Shown here: piece after piece, positions 20,658 through 30,104 of the stretch | Position numbering within the stretch: position 1 is the first letter of the stretch | Layout: every line of letters begins with the position of its first letter | IMG/VR virus record: IMGVR_UViG_3300009136_000006 | Location: 1 to 60,025 of that record | Reading direction: 5' to 3' (one strand) | Length of the DNA: 60,025 bases | DNA from: a virus | Lineage: Duplodnaviria; Caudoviricetes | Position numbers and translations under genes: made by a program | Notes under the pieces: model-generated | What the model saw: only the letters and a program-made list of their open reading frames with translations | Database searches by the model: none | Told to the model about the DNA's origin: nothing

Positions 20658-21095
20658 ATGGCGAGAAATTTCAAACAAGGGTACTACCAGCCGAAAAATA
20701 CTGATAAATACACTGGCGACTTAAATAAAATAATTTATCGTTCGTCGTGGGAATTAACGTTTATGCAGTTCCTTGATAACAACCCCAGCATACATCGTTG
20801 GGCATCGGAACCGTTTCCAATTCCGTACGTTAAACCAACTACGGGTCGGGTGCATCGTTACTTTCCTGATTTTTTTGTTGAATACCTTGATAAAGATGGT
20901 AACGCGAAAAAAGAAATAATTGAAGTTAAACCAGCACAACAAACAAGGAGAACTCGTTCGCGCAATCCAAAGACTAAATTGTATGAAGATATTACATACG
21001 CAATTAATATCGCAAAGTGGCAGGCTGCAAAACAGTTTTGTGACGATAACGATATAACTTTTAGGATTTTAACAGAGAACGAAATATACAAATGA
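20658..21095 (+). CDS. head completion nuclease (T4 gp4-like, TnsA-type PD-(D/E)xK)
   Basis: YRSSWE, WASE, HRYFPDF, IIEVKP, N.AKW.AA, FRILTE motifs. Confidence 0.92.
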   Translation: MARNFKQGYYQPKNTDKYTGDLNKIIYRSSWELTFMQFLDNNPSIHRWASEPFPIPYVKPTTGRVHRYFPDFFVEYLDKDGNAKKEIIEVKPAQQTRRTRSRNPKTKLYEDITYAINIAKWQAAKQFCDDNDITFRILTENEIYK

Positions 21096-21553
21096 GCGAA
21101 ACAAAAGAAGTAACACACCCATTAGAAGCGGCTTTTAACATCGAGGAAGGAACAACGATTGTTGAGTATGAAGAACCTACATCAACAGCACTTGTTAAGC
21201 ACGAAGAATATGATAAGAAAGATGTTGAAATTGAAGATCAATTTCAGGAAGTGTACGACAAGGCAATGGACGCGTTTGAAGCGCAGTCAGATATTACAGA
21301 ACAAGTAGAAGGAAAGTACGCAGCAAGAAATGCTGAAGTTGCGTCAGTCTTCCTAAATACAGCATTGAATGCTGCTAAAGAAAAAGGTGGACAGAAAAGC
21401 AATAAAGACAAATTAGCATTAGCAAAAAAGAATGTTGGAACACCAGATACGGTTAATAATAATTTAATTATGGATCGTAATGATTTAATTAGAATGCTCA
21501 ACGGTGAAGAAGATGCACCGATAAAGGATATTACCAATGAAGATGAAGCTTAA
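21092..21553 (+). CDS. putative terminase small subunit
   Basis: 153 aa helical protein, ARNAEVA and VNNNLIMDRNDL resemble gp16-type motifs; upstream of large terminase. Confidence 0.65.
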   Translation: MSETKEVTHPLEAAFNIEEGTTIVEYEEPTSTALVKHEEYDKKDVEIEDQFQEVYDKAMDAFEAQSDITEQVEGKYAARNAEVASVFLNTALNAAKEKGGQKSNKDKLALAKKNVGTPDTVNNNLIMDRNDLIRMLNGEEDAPIKDITNEDEA

Positions 21554-23006
21554 TTTACATAAACAAATTGACTTGTTAGCAGAAGTCAAAATGAATGATG
21601 CTGAGTTGTTAAAACCAAATGCTACGACTGGTGATCAACGTATTGATATTTTGTTAAAACGTATTCAAGCAGGTCAGCCTGTTGAGTTAAATAATGGTAA
21701 ATCTATTATTATTGATAAAGTCAAATCAAAAGCATTTATCAACATTCTAAAACTGGATGACGAAGATGATATAATCGACGGTCTTAAACAAGGAAACAAA
21801 TATTTAGATCTCATTGCTGACAAAGAAGGAAACACATACAAACTTACTGATTTGTCAAAGGCAGATTATTTTGGTGGTGGAGCTGGTTCGATGAAACCAA
21901 CTGCTACTTCAACTGCTCATCAAGAATCAGCACAAGCAATGGCAATCGCTGTTGCAGTTATGCTTAGAAGAAAATTAAAACCTGAAGATTTGACTGAAGA
22001 AAATTTTAAAAAGGCTGCAGCAAAATATGATGTAGATTCTTCTGTGAAGGATGCACTCGCAGTTATAACAAATCCAAATTGGGTTAAGAGTCTTGTTAAT
22101 ACTACAAATGAACTTCGCGGTGAAATTAATCTTGGTGGTAAAGTAATCCATCGTGGATCGAGTTGGGTTAAAGAACTTGAAGGAAAGTTCAATGAAGTTA
22201 ACAAAGACGAAGCAGGTCGAATTTTTCCAGGAAAAGATAAATGGAATCCAGCTGATATATGGCTTGTTAAAAAAGGAACCAAACTTCCAGACAATATCAA
22301 AAACTTACAGGCACTCAATGCTTGGATAGAGAAGATGTTTGAAGAAGACAAAATCGTTGGTGTCTCGTTGAAACAAACTCCTAAAGGTACACAATCAAAA
22401 ATATATAACCTTGGAAATGATATCGATGATCTTCTTAATATTTCAATCACCGATTTGCTTGTTTCTAAAACTAACAAATTGTTCCGAAGCAAAGATGCAT
22501 CAATTATGTTTGAACAAGCACCACTCTCTAGTCTAATAAACGAAAAGGCAAACGAATTTGTTGTTCGATCTTTTAAGGCACAAGACAATGTTGCTGGAGA
22601 AATTTCCGGCAGATATGCTGCAGGTGGTAAGATTGGCTTTGGACTTGTAAATCGTATTCTTTCTAGTATGAACCTCGATCAAGTTACTCATCGTAATGAT
22701 CTAAGACCATTGCTCGATAAAAAGAATAAAGACGATAAAGAAAAGTATTACAAAAAGATTTTTAATAAAATCATTGCAATGGCTAAGACGATAGATCCAG
22801 CAGTTGCGAGTGCAGCAAAGAAAGATTTTTCAAACCTTGCTAAAACATTAGACTTTAATCGTCTTGCTACAAAATATCAAGCTGTTGAAACATTAGCAAT
22901 TATCAAAGCTGCACCAAAGAAGAAACAAGAAGAGTTTATTCAAAAGGTTGTTCAATACGCAAGTAGTCGCTCTGATCTGTCATCGGTATACATCAAAGTG
23001 TGGTAA
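21537..23006 (+). CDS. putative PD-(D/E)xK-like endonuclease
   Basis: 489 aa Lys-rich; QES...DKWNPADIWL...VGVSLKQ pattern. Confidence 0.55.
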   Translation: MKMKLNLHKQIDLLAEVKMNDAELLKPNATTGDQRIDILLKRIQAGQPVELNNGKSIIIDKVKSKAFINILKLDDEDDIIDGLKQGNKYLDLIADKEGNTYKLTDLSKADYFGGGAGSMKPTATSTAHQESAQAMAIAVAVMLRRKLKPEDLTEENFKKAAAKYDVDSSVKDALAVITNPNWVKSLVNTTNELRGEINLGGKVIHRGSSWVKELEGKFNEVNKDEAGRIFPGKDKWNPADIWLVKKGTKLPDNIKNLQALNAWIEKMFEEDKIVGVSLKQTPKGTQSKIYNLGNDIDDLLNISITDLLVSKTNKLFRSKDASIMFEQAPLSSLINEKANEFVVRSFKAQDNVAGEISGRYAAGGKIGFGLVNRILSSMNLDQVTHRNDLRPLLDKKNKDDKEKYYKKIFNKIIAMAKTIDPAVASAAKKDFSNLAKTLDFNRLATKYQAVETLAIIKAAPKKKQEEFIQKVVQYASSRSDLSSVYIKVW

Positions 23007-23036
23007 CTCCTTCATTTCTGCCCCTAAATAATAATT

Positions 23037-24614
23037 ATGGGCAAGAAGCGAAACGACAAAATCAAAAGAGCAAATCAGGAAACTGAATTTACTCCCGAAC
23101 AAGTACTCGAACTTAAAAAGTGTACGGAAGATCCTGTATACTTTGCAAAAACTTATGTAAAAATTCAGCATCCAAAAAAAGGTGCTATACCTTTTCATCT
23201 ATACGATTATCAGATTGAAATGATGCGTGCGTTTATGGAGAATCGATACAATGTTATCCTTTCTGCTCGACAAACTGGTAAGTCCATCACCTCTGCTATA
23301 TACATTCTTTGGTTTGCAATATTCAACTTCGATAAAACGATTCTAATAGCGTCAAACAAAAACAAAGGTGCGATGGAAATGATTCGTCGTATTCGTTACG
23401 CATATGAAAATCTTCCTGTGTGGCTTAAACCTGGTGTTATGGATGATGGATGGAACAAGCACAGCATAGCATTTGATAATGATTCAAGAATAGACTCAAC
23501 AGCAACTTCCGAAGATTCTGGTCGTGGTGATTCTTTGTCATTGTTGTACTTAGACGAATTCGCGTTTGTTAAGGACAATATACAGGATGAGTTTTGGACT
23601 TCCATTTTGCCTACATTGTCAACAGGTGGTAGCTGTATTATGTCATCTACACCAAATGGAGATTCAGATCTATTTGCAACACTATGGCGTTCAGCAAATG
23701 TTAATAAGGAAATGTCTTTTGAAGATGAAGAGACTGGTGAAATTCAGAACTTAACATTTACTCCGATGCACATTAAATGGGATCAGCCGCCTGGCAGAAA
23801 CGAACAATTCAAAAAACAACAAATTGCTCTTATTGGTGAGCAGAAATGGAGACAGGAATATCTTTGTGAATTCTTATCTTCTGATGCGTTGTTAATTGAT
23901 TCTGTTGTATTGTCACAGATGACTCCTTTCGTTGAAAAGATTATTCCAGTTTTCGAGAAGCGTGGTGTTAAATTTTACCACCAAATAAAACCTGGCGGGA
24001 CATATCTCATAGGAGTAGATCCAGCAACTGGAACAGGAGAAGACTTTAGTGTTATTCAAATATTTAATTTTCCTGAATTAGATCAAGTTGCCGAGTACAG
24101 ATCAAACTCGATGTCGTCACCGGAAATGTATAAGATGTTGAAAAACATTATTCTGTTTTTGGAACAGAGACAATGCAACATTTACTTTTCCGTTGAAAAT
24201 AATGGTGTCGGTGAGGGAATAATATCATTGTACGAAGCAGATGAAAATCCTCCAGAACTATCTGAATTTGTTTCTGAAGAGGGAGCAAAACGAAGAGGGT
24301 TTACTACAACGCGAAAAACAAAAATGCGTGCTTGTCTTAGTATGAAAGAGATGATTGAAAAAAGCACACTTCAAGTAAATTCAAAGGTGTTGTTGCAGGA
24401 ATTAAAAACATTCACAAGAAAAGGTCGTTCGTATGAAGCACAGCGTGGAAGTACTGATGACAGCATTTCAGCAATACTAATCGTCATTCGAATTCTCGAG
24501 GAAATTGCGACATATGAACAAGAGGCATACGATAAATTGTATGCAATGGACGATGATGATGAGTGGGGTCGTGGCGGTGGTGAAGATGACGGTCCAATGC
24601 CAATGTCGTTTTAA
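23037..24614 (+). CDS. terminase large subunit (T4 gp17-like)
   Basis: LYDYQ, ARQTGKS Walker A, LYLDEFAF Walker B, SSTPNG, IGVDPATG nuclease motif, DDSI. Confidence 0.96.
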   Translation: MGKKRNDKIKRANQETEFTPEQVLELKKCTEDPVYFAKTYVKIQHPKKGAIPFHLYDYQIEMMRAFMENRYNVILSARQTGKSITSAIYILWFAIFNFDKTILIASNKNKGAMEMIRRIRYAYENLPVWLKPGVMDDGWNKHSIAFDNDSRIDSTATSEDSGRGDSLSLLYLDEFAFVKDNIQDEFWTSILPTLSTGGSCIMSSTPNGDSDLFATLWRSANVNKEMSFEDEETGEIQNLTFTPMHIKWDQPPGRNEQFKKQQIALIGEQKWRQEYLCEFLSSDALLIDSVVLSQMTPFVEKIIPVFEKRGVKFYHQIKPGGTYLIGVDPATGTGEDFSVIQIFNFPELDQVAEYRSNSMSSPEMYKMLKNIILFLEQRQCNIYFSVENNGVGEGIISLYEADENPPELSEFVSEEGAKRRGFTTTRKTKMRACLSMKEMIEKSTLQVNSKVLLQELKTFTRKGRSYEAQRGSTDDSISAILIVIRILEEIATYEQEAYDKLYAMDDDDEWGRGGGEDDGPMPMSF

Positions 24615-24706
24615 TAGGTTAATTTCACTAACTTGTTGATTTGTGGGGAGTTTCCTAATTTTATCTATAGGGCCGTAACTCTTTGATTTATAAGGGATTA
24701 TTATTG

Positions 24707-24735
24707 TTGACTTTAGGGGCAAATTATAGTATAAT
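24707..24735 (+). promoter_or_regulatory. sigma70-type early promoter
   Basis: TTGACT-N17-TATAAT. Confidence 0.85.
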
Positions 24736-24759
24736 ATACCTATATTAAGGAATATTACT

Positions 24760-26049
24760 ATGACTGAACAAACCGCAGAAACAGTAGAGATACCCACTTA
24801 CCGAATTCCAGTGTGGAATCTACCTGTTCTCGAAGCACGAGTTGCTAAATTGAGCAAACGCGCTATCAAATTAGGTTGTGATCCTCTGTCAATTACTATT
24901 CACGAAGAAGAAATGGTTGATGATCCGAAAATTCCTGCAATGGTTAGATCGGATATGAAGGCCAAAAACCTCACTATTCCCCAAATCAAAATCTGTGTCG
25001 TAACAATTGATGGTGCGACTCCGAAACTTGCTGGTTGGAAATTTGTTGGTACTTTGGATCATTATTCTCTTCCTGGCAAAGTGATCGTTAACACCGTTCC
25101 TGGTGAGACAGTTCCACAAGAATTTCATACTGGTGATCCGCTTTGTGGTCACTGTAACAAAATTCGTCGTCGTAAAGAGACGTTTGTTGTTGAAAACGAA
25201 GAAGGTGAAACGCTTCAAGTTGGACGTCAATGCATTAAAGATTTCCTCGGTCATAATCCTGCCCAACTTATTGGTTGGTTGCAAGCATTGTACGAGTTGA
25301 CTGGTGAATTGGACGATGAAGAAAACGAGCGTTTTCACGGTGGTCGTGCTGAGTATTACTACGATCTTATACAAATCCTTACAACAACTGCCGCCGTCAT
25401 TCGTAATCACGGTTGGACTCCTCGTAGTGCTGAAACTATGGAGCGTCAAGCGACTTCTGGTCGTGTATCATATGTTGTTAATCGTCCTTGGTCAGCAAAA
25501 GAAGTTCCTGCGTGGGAAGCATATATTGCAGAACTGAAAATTTGTGATGACGATAACAAAGAAGCACTTGATTCAATCGAATGGTTGACAACTCAAGAAG
25601 ATAATAACGAATATATGCACAATCTGAAAATGATTGGTGAAGCTGGTCAATTGACTCCCCGTCTTCTTGGTTATGCTTGTTCAATCGTTTCAGCGTTTCA
25701 ACGTGCTGCAGACAAATTAGCGTACGAAAAATCAGAAGCAAAACTGAAATTGAATGAGCATTTTCCTTCTGAGATCAAATCTCGAATTGGTGTTAACGTA
25801 GAAATCGTTAAAATCCGTCTCATTGATGGTCAATGGGGAACTGTTCGTTTGCTGAATATGCGCGATGAAGATGGTCGCACACTCACTTGGTTTGCAAACG
25901 CTGATCCTGATGTTGTTGCAGGTGGTAAATACCGCATTGTTGGCACCATCAAGAAATTCGACGAATATAACGAGTGGAAACAGACAATTTTGACTCGTGT
26001 TAAAATTACGGACGAATTAGGCGACGATTGGACCGTAGTTCAAGCATAA
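24760..26049 (+). CDS. hypothetical early protein with Zn-binding motif and C-terminal OB-fold-like domain
   Basis: CGHC...VGRQC; C-terminal GTIKKFDEYNEWKQTILTRVK. Confidence 0.65.
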   Translation: MTEQTAETVEIPTYRIPVWNLPVLEARVAKLSKRAIKLGCDPLSITIHEEEMVDDPKIPAMVRSDMKAKNLTIPQIKICVVTIDGATPKLAGWKFVGTLDHYSLPGKVIVNTVPGETVPQEFHTGDPLCGHCNKIRRRKETFVVENEEGETLQVGRQCIKDFLGHNPAQLIGWLQALYELTGELDDEENERFHGGRAEYYYDLIQILTTTAAVIRNHGWTPRSAETMERQATSGRVSYVVNRPWSAKEVPAWEAYIAELKICDDDNKEALDSIEWLTTQEDNNEYMHNLKMIGEAGQLTPRLLGYACSIVSAFQRAADKLAYEKSEAKLKLNEHFPSEIKSRIGVNVEIVKIRLIDGQWGTVRLLNMRDEDGRTLTWFANADPDVVAGGKYRIVGTIKKFDEYNEWKQTILTRVKITDELGDDWTVVQA

Positions 26050-26055
26050 TATTTG

Positions 26056-26084
26056 TTGACATTCTTCTGTAAATAGGGGATAAT
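26056..26084 (+). promoter_or_regulatory. perfect-consensus sigma70 early promoter
   Basis: TTGACA-N17-TATAAT. Confidence 0.9.
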
Positions 26085-26107
26085 AGGGGCATAAAGAGGA
26101 GAAATAC

Positions 26108-26539
26108 GTGTCAACATTACAATTAGCGATATCAATCACCGCAAAAGCATTCGAAGGTAAAACTGATCGAGGCGGACAACCATATATGCTTCATTGCTTA
26201 ACAGTTATGAATGCAGTTGGTCCTGACGATCAAGATTTAATGTCGGCTGCTGTTATGCACGATTTAGTCGAAGATACCGATTGGACGTTCGAAGACCTCG
26301 AAGAAAGAGGATTTTCAGATCGTGTTCTTTCGGCATTGATATTGGTGACGCATGAAGATGGTATTACGTACGAGCAATATATCAGACGTGCAGCAATTAG
26401 TGAAGATGCTCGAAAGATCAAAATGGCAGATCTTCGACACAATTCCGACATTCACAGAATGAAAGGATTGAGAGACAAAGATTTTGAAAGATTAAAGAAG
26501 TATCATAAATCATATGCATACTTGAGAGATTATAAATGA
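26108..26539 (+). CDS. HD-domain small alarmone hydrolase-like protein (RelA/SpoT HD, Mesh1-like)
   Basis: GQPYMLH, AAVMHDLVEDT, KIKMADLRHN motifs; 143 aa; GAGGAG RBS. Confidence 0.85.
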   Translation: MSTLQLAISITAKAFEGKTDRGGQPYMLHCLTVMNAVGPDDQDLMSAAVMHDLVEDTDWTFEDLEERGFSDRVLSALILVTHEDGITYEQYIRRAAISEDARKIKMADLRHNSDIHRMKGLRDKDFERLKKYHKSYAYLRDYK

Positions 26540-27720
26540 ACGATTTAAGAACTACATTCATTCGTTGGTACAACAACGAATTCCACCAGACTGAAATGTT
26601 TCAGAAGATGAATGGTCTTGCTGAAAATTCACCTTGGCATCGTGAGGATTCTATCGGAATTCACACTGATATGGTTGTGTGCGAATACATTTCAAACACA
26701 CATTATGAATCTGTTGATGTTGATTGCTTAACTCCTGTCGATTTGAACGAATGGGATGGACACGATTTGCTTGGTGCTCTTGCTTGTGCTTTTCACGATG
26801 TTGGTAAGCCAGAGGCATCAGCACGTAACGGAATTAAGTGGAAGCCAGAACGTGGCAACTATTTGTCTTTTGGATCACACGAACAGATTTCTGCTCGTAT
26901 GTGGGAAGGATATGCTGTTAAGCAATGGGCACATTTGGTTGAATTGTTCGAATTGACACCTCGTGACATTTACACTGTCGCATGGATGATCGAACATCAC
27001 CTGCCTTGGGGAGTTAAGAAGCCCGAAAAGAGACGTGCACTTGCTCAAACTGTATTCGAATTGGATATTGTTGATGCGTTCACTTCGTTTTTGGTTGCTG
27101 ATACTTGGGGTCGCATTTCTGATGATGGTCCTGAAAAGAAGCAAAAGGTATTAGATTGGATCGGCGAGTTCCTTGAACTTGTTGGTGATTGTGAACGTGT
27201 TTCAGGTCCAAACACTGATCGTCCAACTTTGATGGTGCCAATTGCAGCATCTGGTTCTGGTAAGTCTACGTTTCGTAACACTCTTCCTGATTCCACTGAG
27301 ATCTTTTCAATGGATGATTTGAGAATTGAATTGTACTTGGATTACTTAGATCCTGATGCCGATTTCACTGACGAAGATTACAATCGTGCGTACACTTTGT
27401 CTACAGAAGATAAAGGATTTGCTCAGGCTGTTCAGAAGAAATTCAACGAATTGCTTGATACAGGTAACTCAATCTTCTGTGATAACACGAATACTTCGGC
27501 TCGTCGTCGTAGACATTACTGTGTTGATGCTCGTCGTCGTGGATATCACGTACAGGCTATTTTGATGCCGATTACTTTCGAGCAGTTGATGGATCGTCAA
27601 GAAACTCGTACAGACAAGACAGTACCGTATGGAGCAGTGAAGGCACAATACATGGGATTGCAAATGCCATCTTATGGTGATTTTGATTCCGTTATTGTTC
27701 TCGATTCAAACCTCTACTAA
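26536..27720 (+). CDS. HD phosphohydrolase fused to P-loop polynucleotide kinase
   Basis: PWHRE..H, FHDVGK, HH, AD.WGR (CCA-enzyme-type HD); ASGSGKST, SMDDLR, DNTN...RR kinase motifs. Confidence 0.85.
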   Translation: MNDLRTTFIRWYNNEFHQTEMFQKMNGLAENSPWHREDSIGIHTDMVVCEYISNTHYESVDVDCLTPVDLNEWDGHDLLGALACAFHDVGKPEASARNGIKWKPERGNYLSFGSHEQISARMWEGYAVKQWAHLVELFELTPRDIYTVAWMIEHHLPWGVKKPEKRRALAQTVFELDIVDAFTSFLVADTWGRISDDGPEKKQKVLDWIGEFLELVGDCERVSGPNTDRPTLMVPIAASGSGKSTFRNTLPDSTEIFSMDDLRIELYLDYLDPDADFTDEDYNRAYTLSTEDKGFAQAVQKKFNELLDTGNSIFCDNTNTSARRRRHYCVDARRRGYHVQAILMPITFEQLMDRQETRTDKTVPYGAVKAQYMGLQMPSYGDFDSVIVLDSNLY

Positions 27721-27723
27721 CAT

Positions 27724-27745
27724 AAACTGCCCTTCGGGGCAGTTT
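27724..27745 (+). terminator. terminator hairpin with cUUCGg tetraloop
   Basis: AAACTGCCC-TTCG-GGGCAGTTT. Confidence 0.85.
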
Positions 27746-27761
27746 CCTCATAAATACCACG

Positions 27762-28331
27762 ATGAATGATAATTTCAAATTTTTACGTGGGGCAAGACTT
27801 CTTCAATGGTCAGAAGATGACCTGATCGAAGTAACACTACAAGATCTCGAACGTGATACCGTATTTGGTTTCCCGAATACTACAAAGCGTCAACACGCAA
27901 CTGGTCCGGTTCACATTACAAAAACTAAATTGATCCCCGCTGTTCCTACAAATGATTTGATGTGTCACGCAACCGCAGCAAGTGAAGGAAAAAACTACAA
28001 TCCAAAGTTGTTGTTTTTGCAAGTTCAATACGATGACCAAGATACTAATGAGAATATTACATTCAACGGAAGTGATGGTAAGCAGTATAATATTACACCA
28101 ATATCATTAGCAAGAAGTAATGTAAAAGTTAATTGTGATTGTTTAGATTTTCGTTGGAGATTTTCTGTATGGAACGATAACAGTGATGCATTGTACGGTG
28201 AACCACCTCCACCGTATCAGAGAAAGACTACAACACGTCCACCAGCGAATCCGAATCGGACTCCTGGAATCTGTAAACATATTATCAAGCTAACGCAAGA
28301 ATTACGTCAGACTGGATTGCTTGGTCGTTAA
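27762..28331 (+). CDS. SWIM zinc finger protein
   Basis: VNCDCLDF...GICKHI; late promoter 27749-27756. Confidence 0.75.
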   Translation: MNDNFKFLRGARLLQWSEDDLIEVTLQDLERDTVFGFPNTTKRQHATGPVHITKTKLIPAVPTNDLMCHATAASEGKNYNPKLLFLQVQYDDQDTNENITFNGSDGKQYNITPISLARSNVKVNCDCLDFRWRFSVWNDNSDALYGEPPPPYQRKTTTRPPANPNRTPGICKHIIKLTQELRQTGLLGR

Positions 28332-28654
28332 TCGTCTTCGCGATCGTATTGACTAATTAAATCGATCAAGCCACGTTTGAATGAAGCGTAACCTGCTGCT
28401 GGTCGTTCATTCTTCATTTCGTCTAACAACAGTTTCAGATCTTCGATTAGCTCATCACCCCAAGTCAAATCTTCATCCTCGCCATCGTATTGACTCATTA
28501 AATCAACTACTCCATTTTTGAGCGAAATTGCACCTGCTGCAGGTCGTTCTTTCTCTGTTTCATCTAACAACAATTTCAAGTCTTCGATAAGTTCATCGCC
28601 CCAAGTCAAATCATCGTCATCAAGGTTTTCGTTTAATATTTCATATAGTTTCAT
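28328..28654 (-). CDS. small acidic protein made of two 47-aa repeats
   Basis: DLTWGDELIEDLKLLLDE..ERPAAG...SQYD occurs twice; leader MKLYEILNE. Confidence 0.75.
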   Translation of the reverse strand: MKLYEILNENLDDDDLTWGDELIEDLKLLLDETEKERPAAGAISLKNGVVDLMSQYDGEDEDLTWGDELIEDLKLLLDEMKNERPAAGYASFKRGLIDLISQYDREDD

Positions 28655-28655
28655 T

Positions 28656-29573
28656 TTATTTTCCTTTGACGATGTCGTGAACTTTCTGTGCTTGTTCAGA
28701 TAATTTTGGTTCTTCTTCTAACTTCTTGATAGCGCCTGCTAAGTTAGACTTACGAGTTTTAGTTGGTTTGTCTTCAACTGATTCGTGATAGTCAGCACCT
28801 TGTCTTTTGGCTGCGACTTTCTCTTGCCACGCTTCGTGATCTGCGATGTCTCTACCTTCTGAATATCCTTTGTAATATTCATCAGCATATGGACCAAACG
28901 ATGCTTCCGCATCTTTCTTTGGTCGCTCTTTCTTTCCATCATCCAATCCCATTTCAAATGCTTTCTGACCACCACCTTCAATAATTGGATCGACTTTCGC
29001 TGCTACTTCATCATCAAGTTTCTTTGCATCTTTTTTCTTCTTCTTCGAGGAGGTAGATGCAATCGCTTCTTTAACAAGTAAAGCTTTTTCAATTTCTTCT
29101 TCTGACTTAGGAGGAGTTAACTTCTTTTCAAGTGCTTTCTTCTTTAAGAATTTCTCGGCAAGGTCGTCCATTTCATCCTTCTTAGCTTGCTTCTCAGGAT
29201 TATCTTCTTTAACAGTAACCTTCCCGACGACTGGTGTGACAACTGGTGCTGTTGGACGAGTCTTGCTAACTTCTGTTGTTTTAACTTCTGGCTCTGCTGT
29301 GACATTAAGTGAACCACGATATGGTTCGAAGAAGTATCCATCAACTATAACTTCAATGTGAAAATTATATGATGTGTGAGGTAAGTGCGGAAGAGGTGGA
29401 ATATCAACTGACCATTTATTATCTTCTTCCGCAGTACAAGCGAATCCAAACTCTACTTGACCTGTTTCGATAACAAATTTTACAGCCATGTCCTTGTCAC
29501 TTACACCTTGAATTGTAATATCAAATTCAAGAGGATTAGATCGTGTGTTGACAATGTTTACGACATTTTCCAT
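28656..29573 (-). CDS. hypothetical late protein (beta-rich N-terminus, charged C-terminus)
   Basis: 305 aa, GGAG RBS, late promoter-like TATTTATT at 29595-29602. Confidence 0.65.
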   Translation of the reverse strand: MENVVNIVNTRSNPLEFDITIQGVSDKDMAVKFVIETGQVEFGFACTAEEDNKWSVDIPPLPHLPHTSYNFHIEVIVDGYFFEPYRGSLNVTAEPEVKTTEVSKTRPTAPVVTPVVGKVTVKEDNPEKQAKKDEMDDLAEKFLKKKALEKKLTPPKSEEEIEKALLVKEAIASTSSKKKKKDAKKLDDEVAAKVDPIIEGGGQKAFEMGLDDGKKERPKKDAEASFGPYADEYYKGYSEGRDIADHEAWQEKVAAKRQGADYHESVEDKPTKTRKSNLAGAIKKLEEEPKLSEQAQKVHDIVKGK

Positions 29574-29600
29574 ATGTTTCTCCGTTTAGACAGGTATTTA

Positions 29601-30089
29601 TTAGTCTTCGTCTTTGTTTCGAAGGTTTTTCACGAATGTTGTGATACGTGATGGAGTCTTTTTTATGTTGGATACGACAATGCCAAATCGTGATGCACGA
29701 ACGTTATGAACGGTGATAAGAATTCTGCTCTTAATTGTATTAACAACATTCAATACATTAACGATGATATCACCACGTTTCTTACTAACAATATAGTTAC
29801 GCTCTGTTACTTTGCCACGAAACGTTACAATAATCTTAACAGGGATTTGAGGTTCTTTTGGAAACTGATATAGTGGGTCAACAGGCTTGTAAAATGTTTG
29901 AATTTCGCCTGGTGCTAATGGACGTGAACCGCCACCTCCACCACCAACTGGAGGAGGTTCGGGTGGAATAATCGGACTACCACCAACAATAATCTTGATA
30001 AAACCAAGATTAAAGATGTTGCCGATTACTAATCCGGTTTGATCACACCCCAGACCAAATGTGATTACTCCTGGTGCGACATCTGCCAT
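29601..30089 (-). CDS. hypothetical virion-associated protein
   Basis: 162 aa; Pro/Gly linker; GGAG RBS; within structural operon. Confidence 0.6.
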   Translation of the reverse strand: MADVAPGVITFGLGCDQTGLVIGNIFNLGFIKIIVGGSPIIPPEPPPVGGGGGGSRPLAPGEIQTFYKPVDPLYQFPKEPQIPVKIIVTFRGKVTERNYIVSKKRGDIIVNVLNVVNTIKSRILITVHNVRASRFGIVVSNIKKTPSRITTFVKNLRNKDED

Positions 30090-30104
30090 TACGTTTAGCT
30101 CCCC

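Noticed and set aside
20658-21095. TnsA-like motif suggesting a Tn7 transposon
   Set aside because: Size, motifs and position match the T4 gp4 head completion nuclease; no tnsB/C genes or terminal repeats.
21920-22588. Long antisense ORFs (also 24889..25449, 54436..54948, 2544..2969, 40113..40589)
   Set aside because: They lie opposite well-supported genes, lack RBS or promoter support and read as codon-bias shadows.
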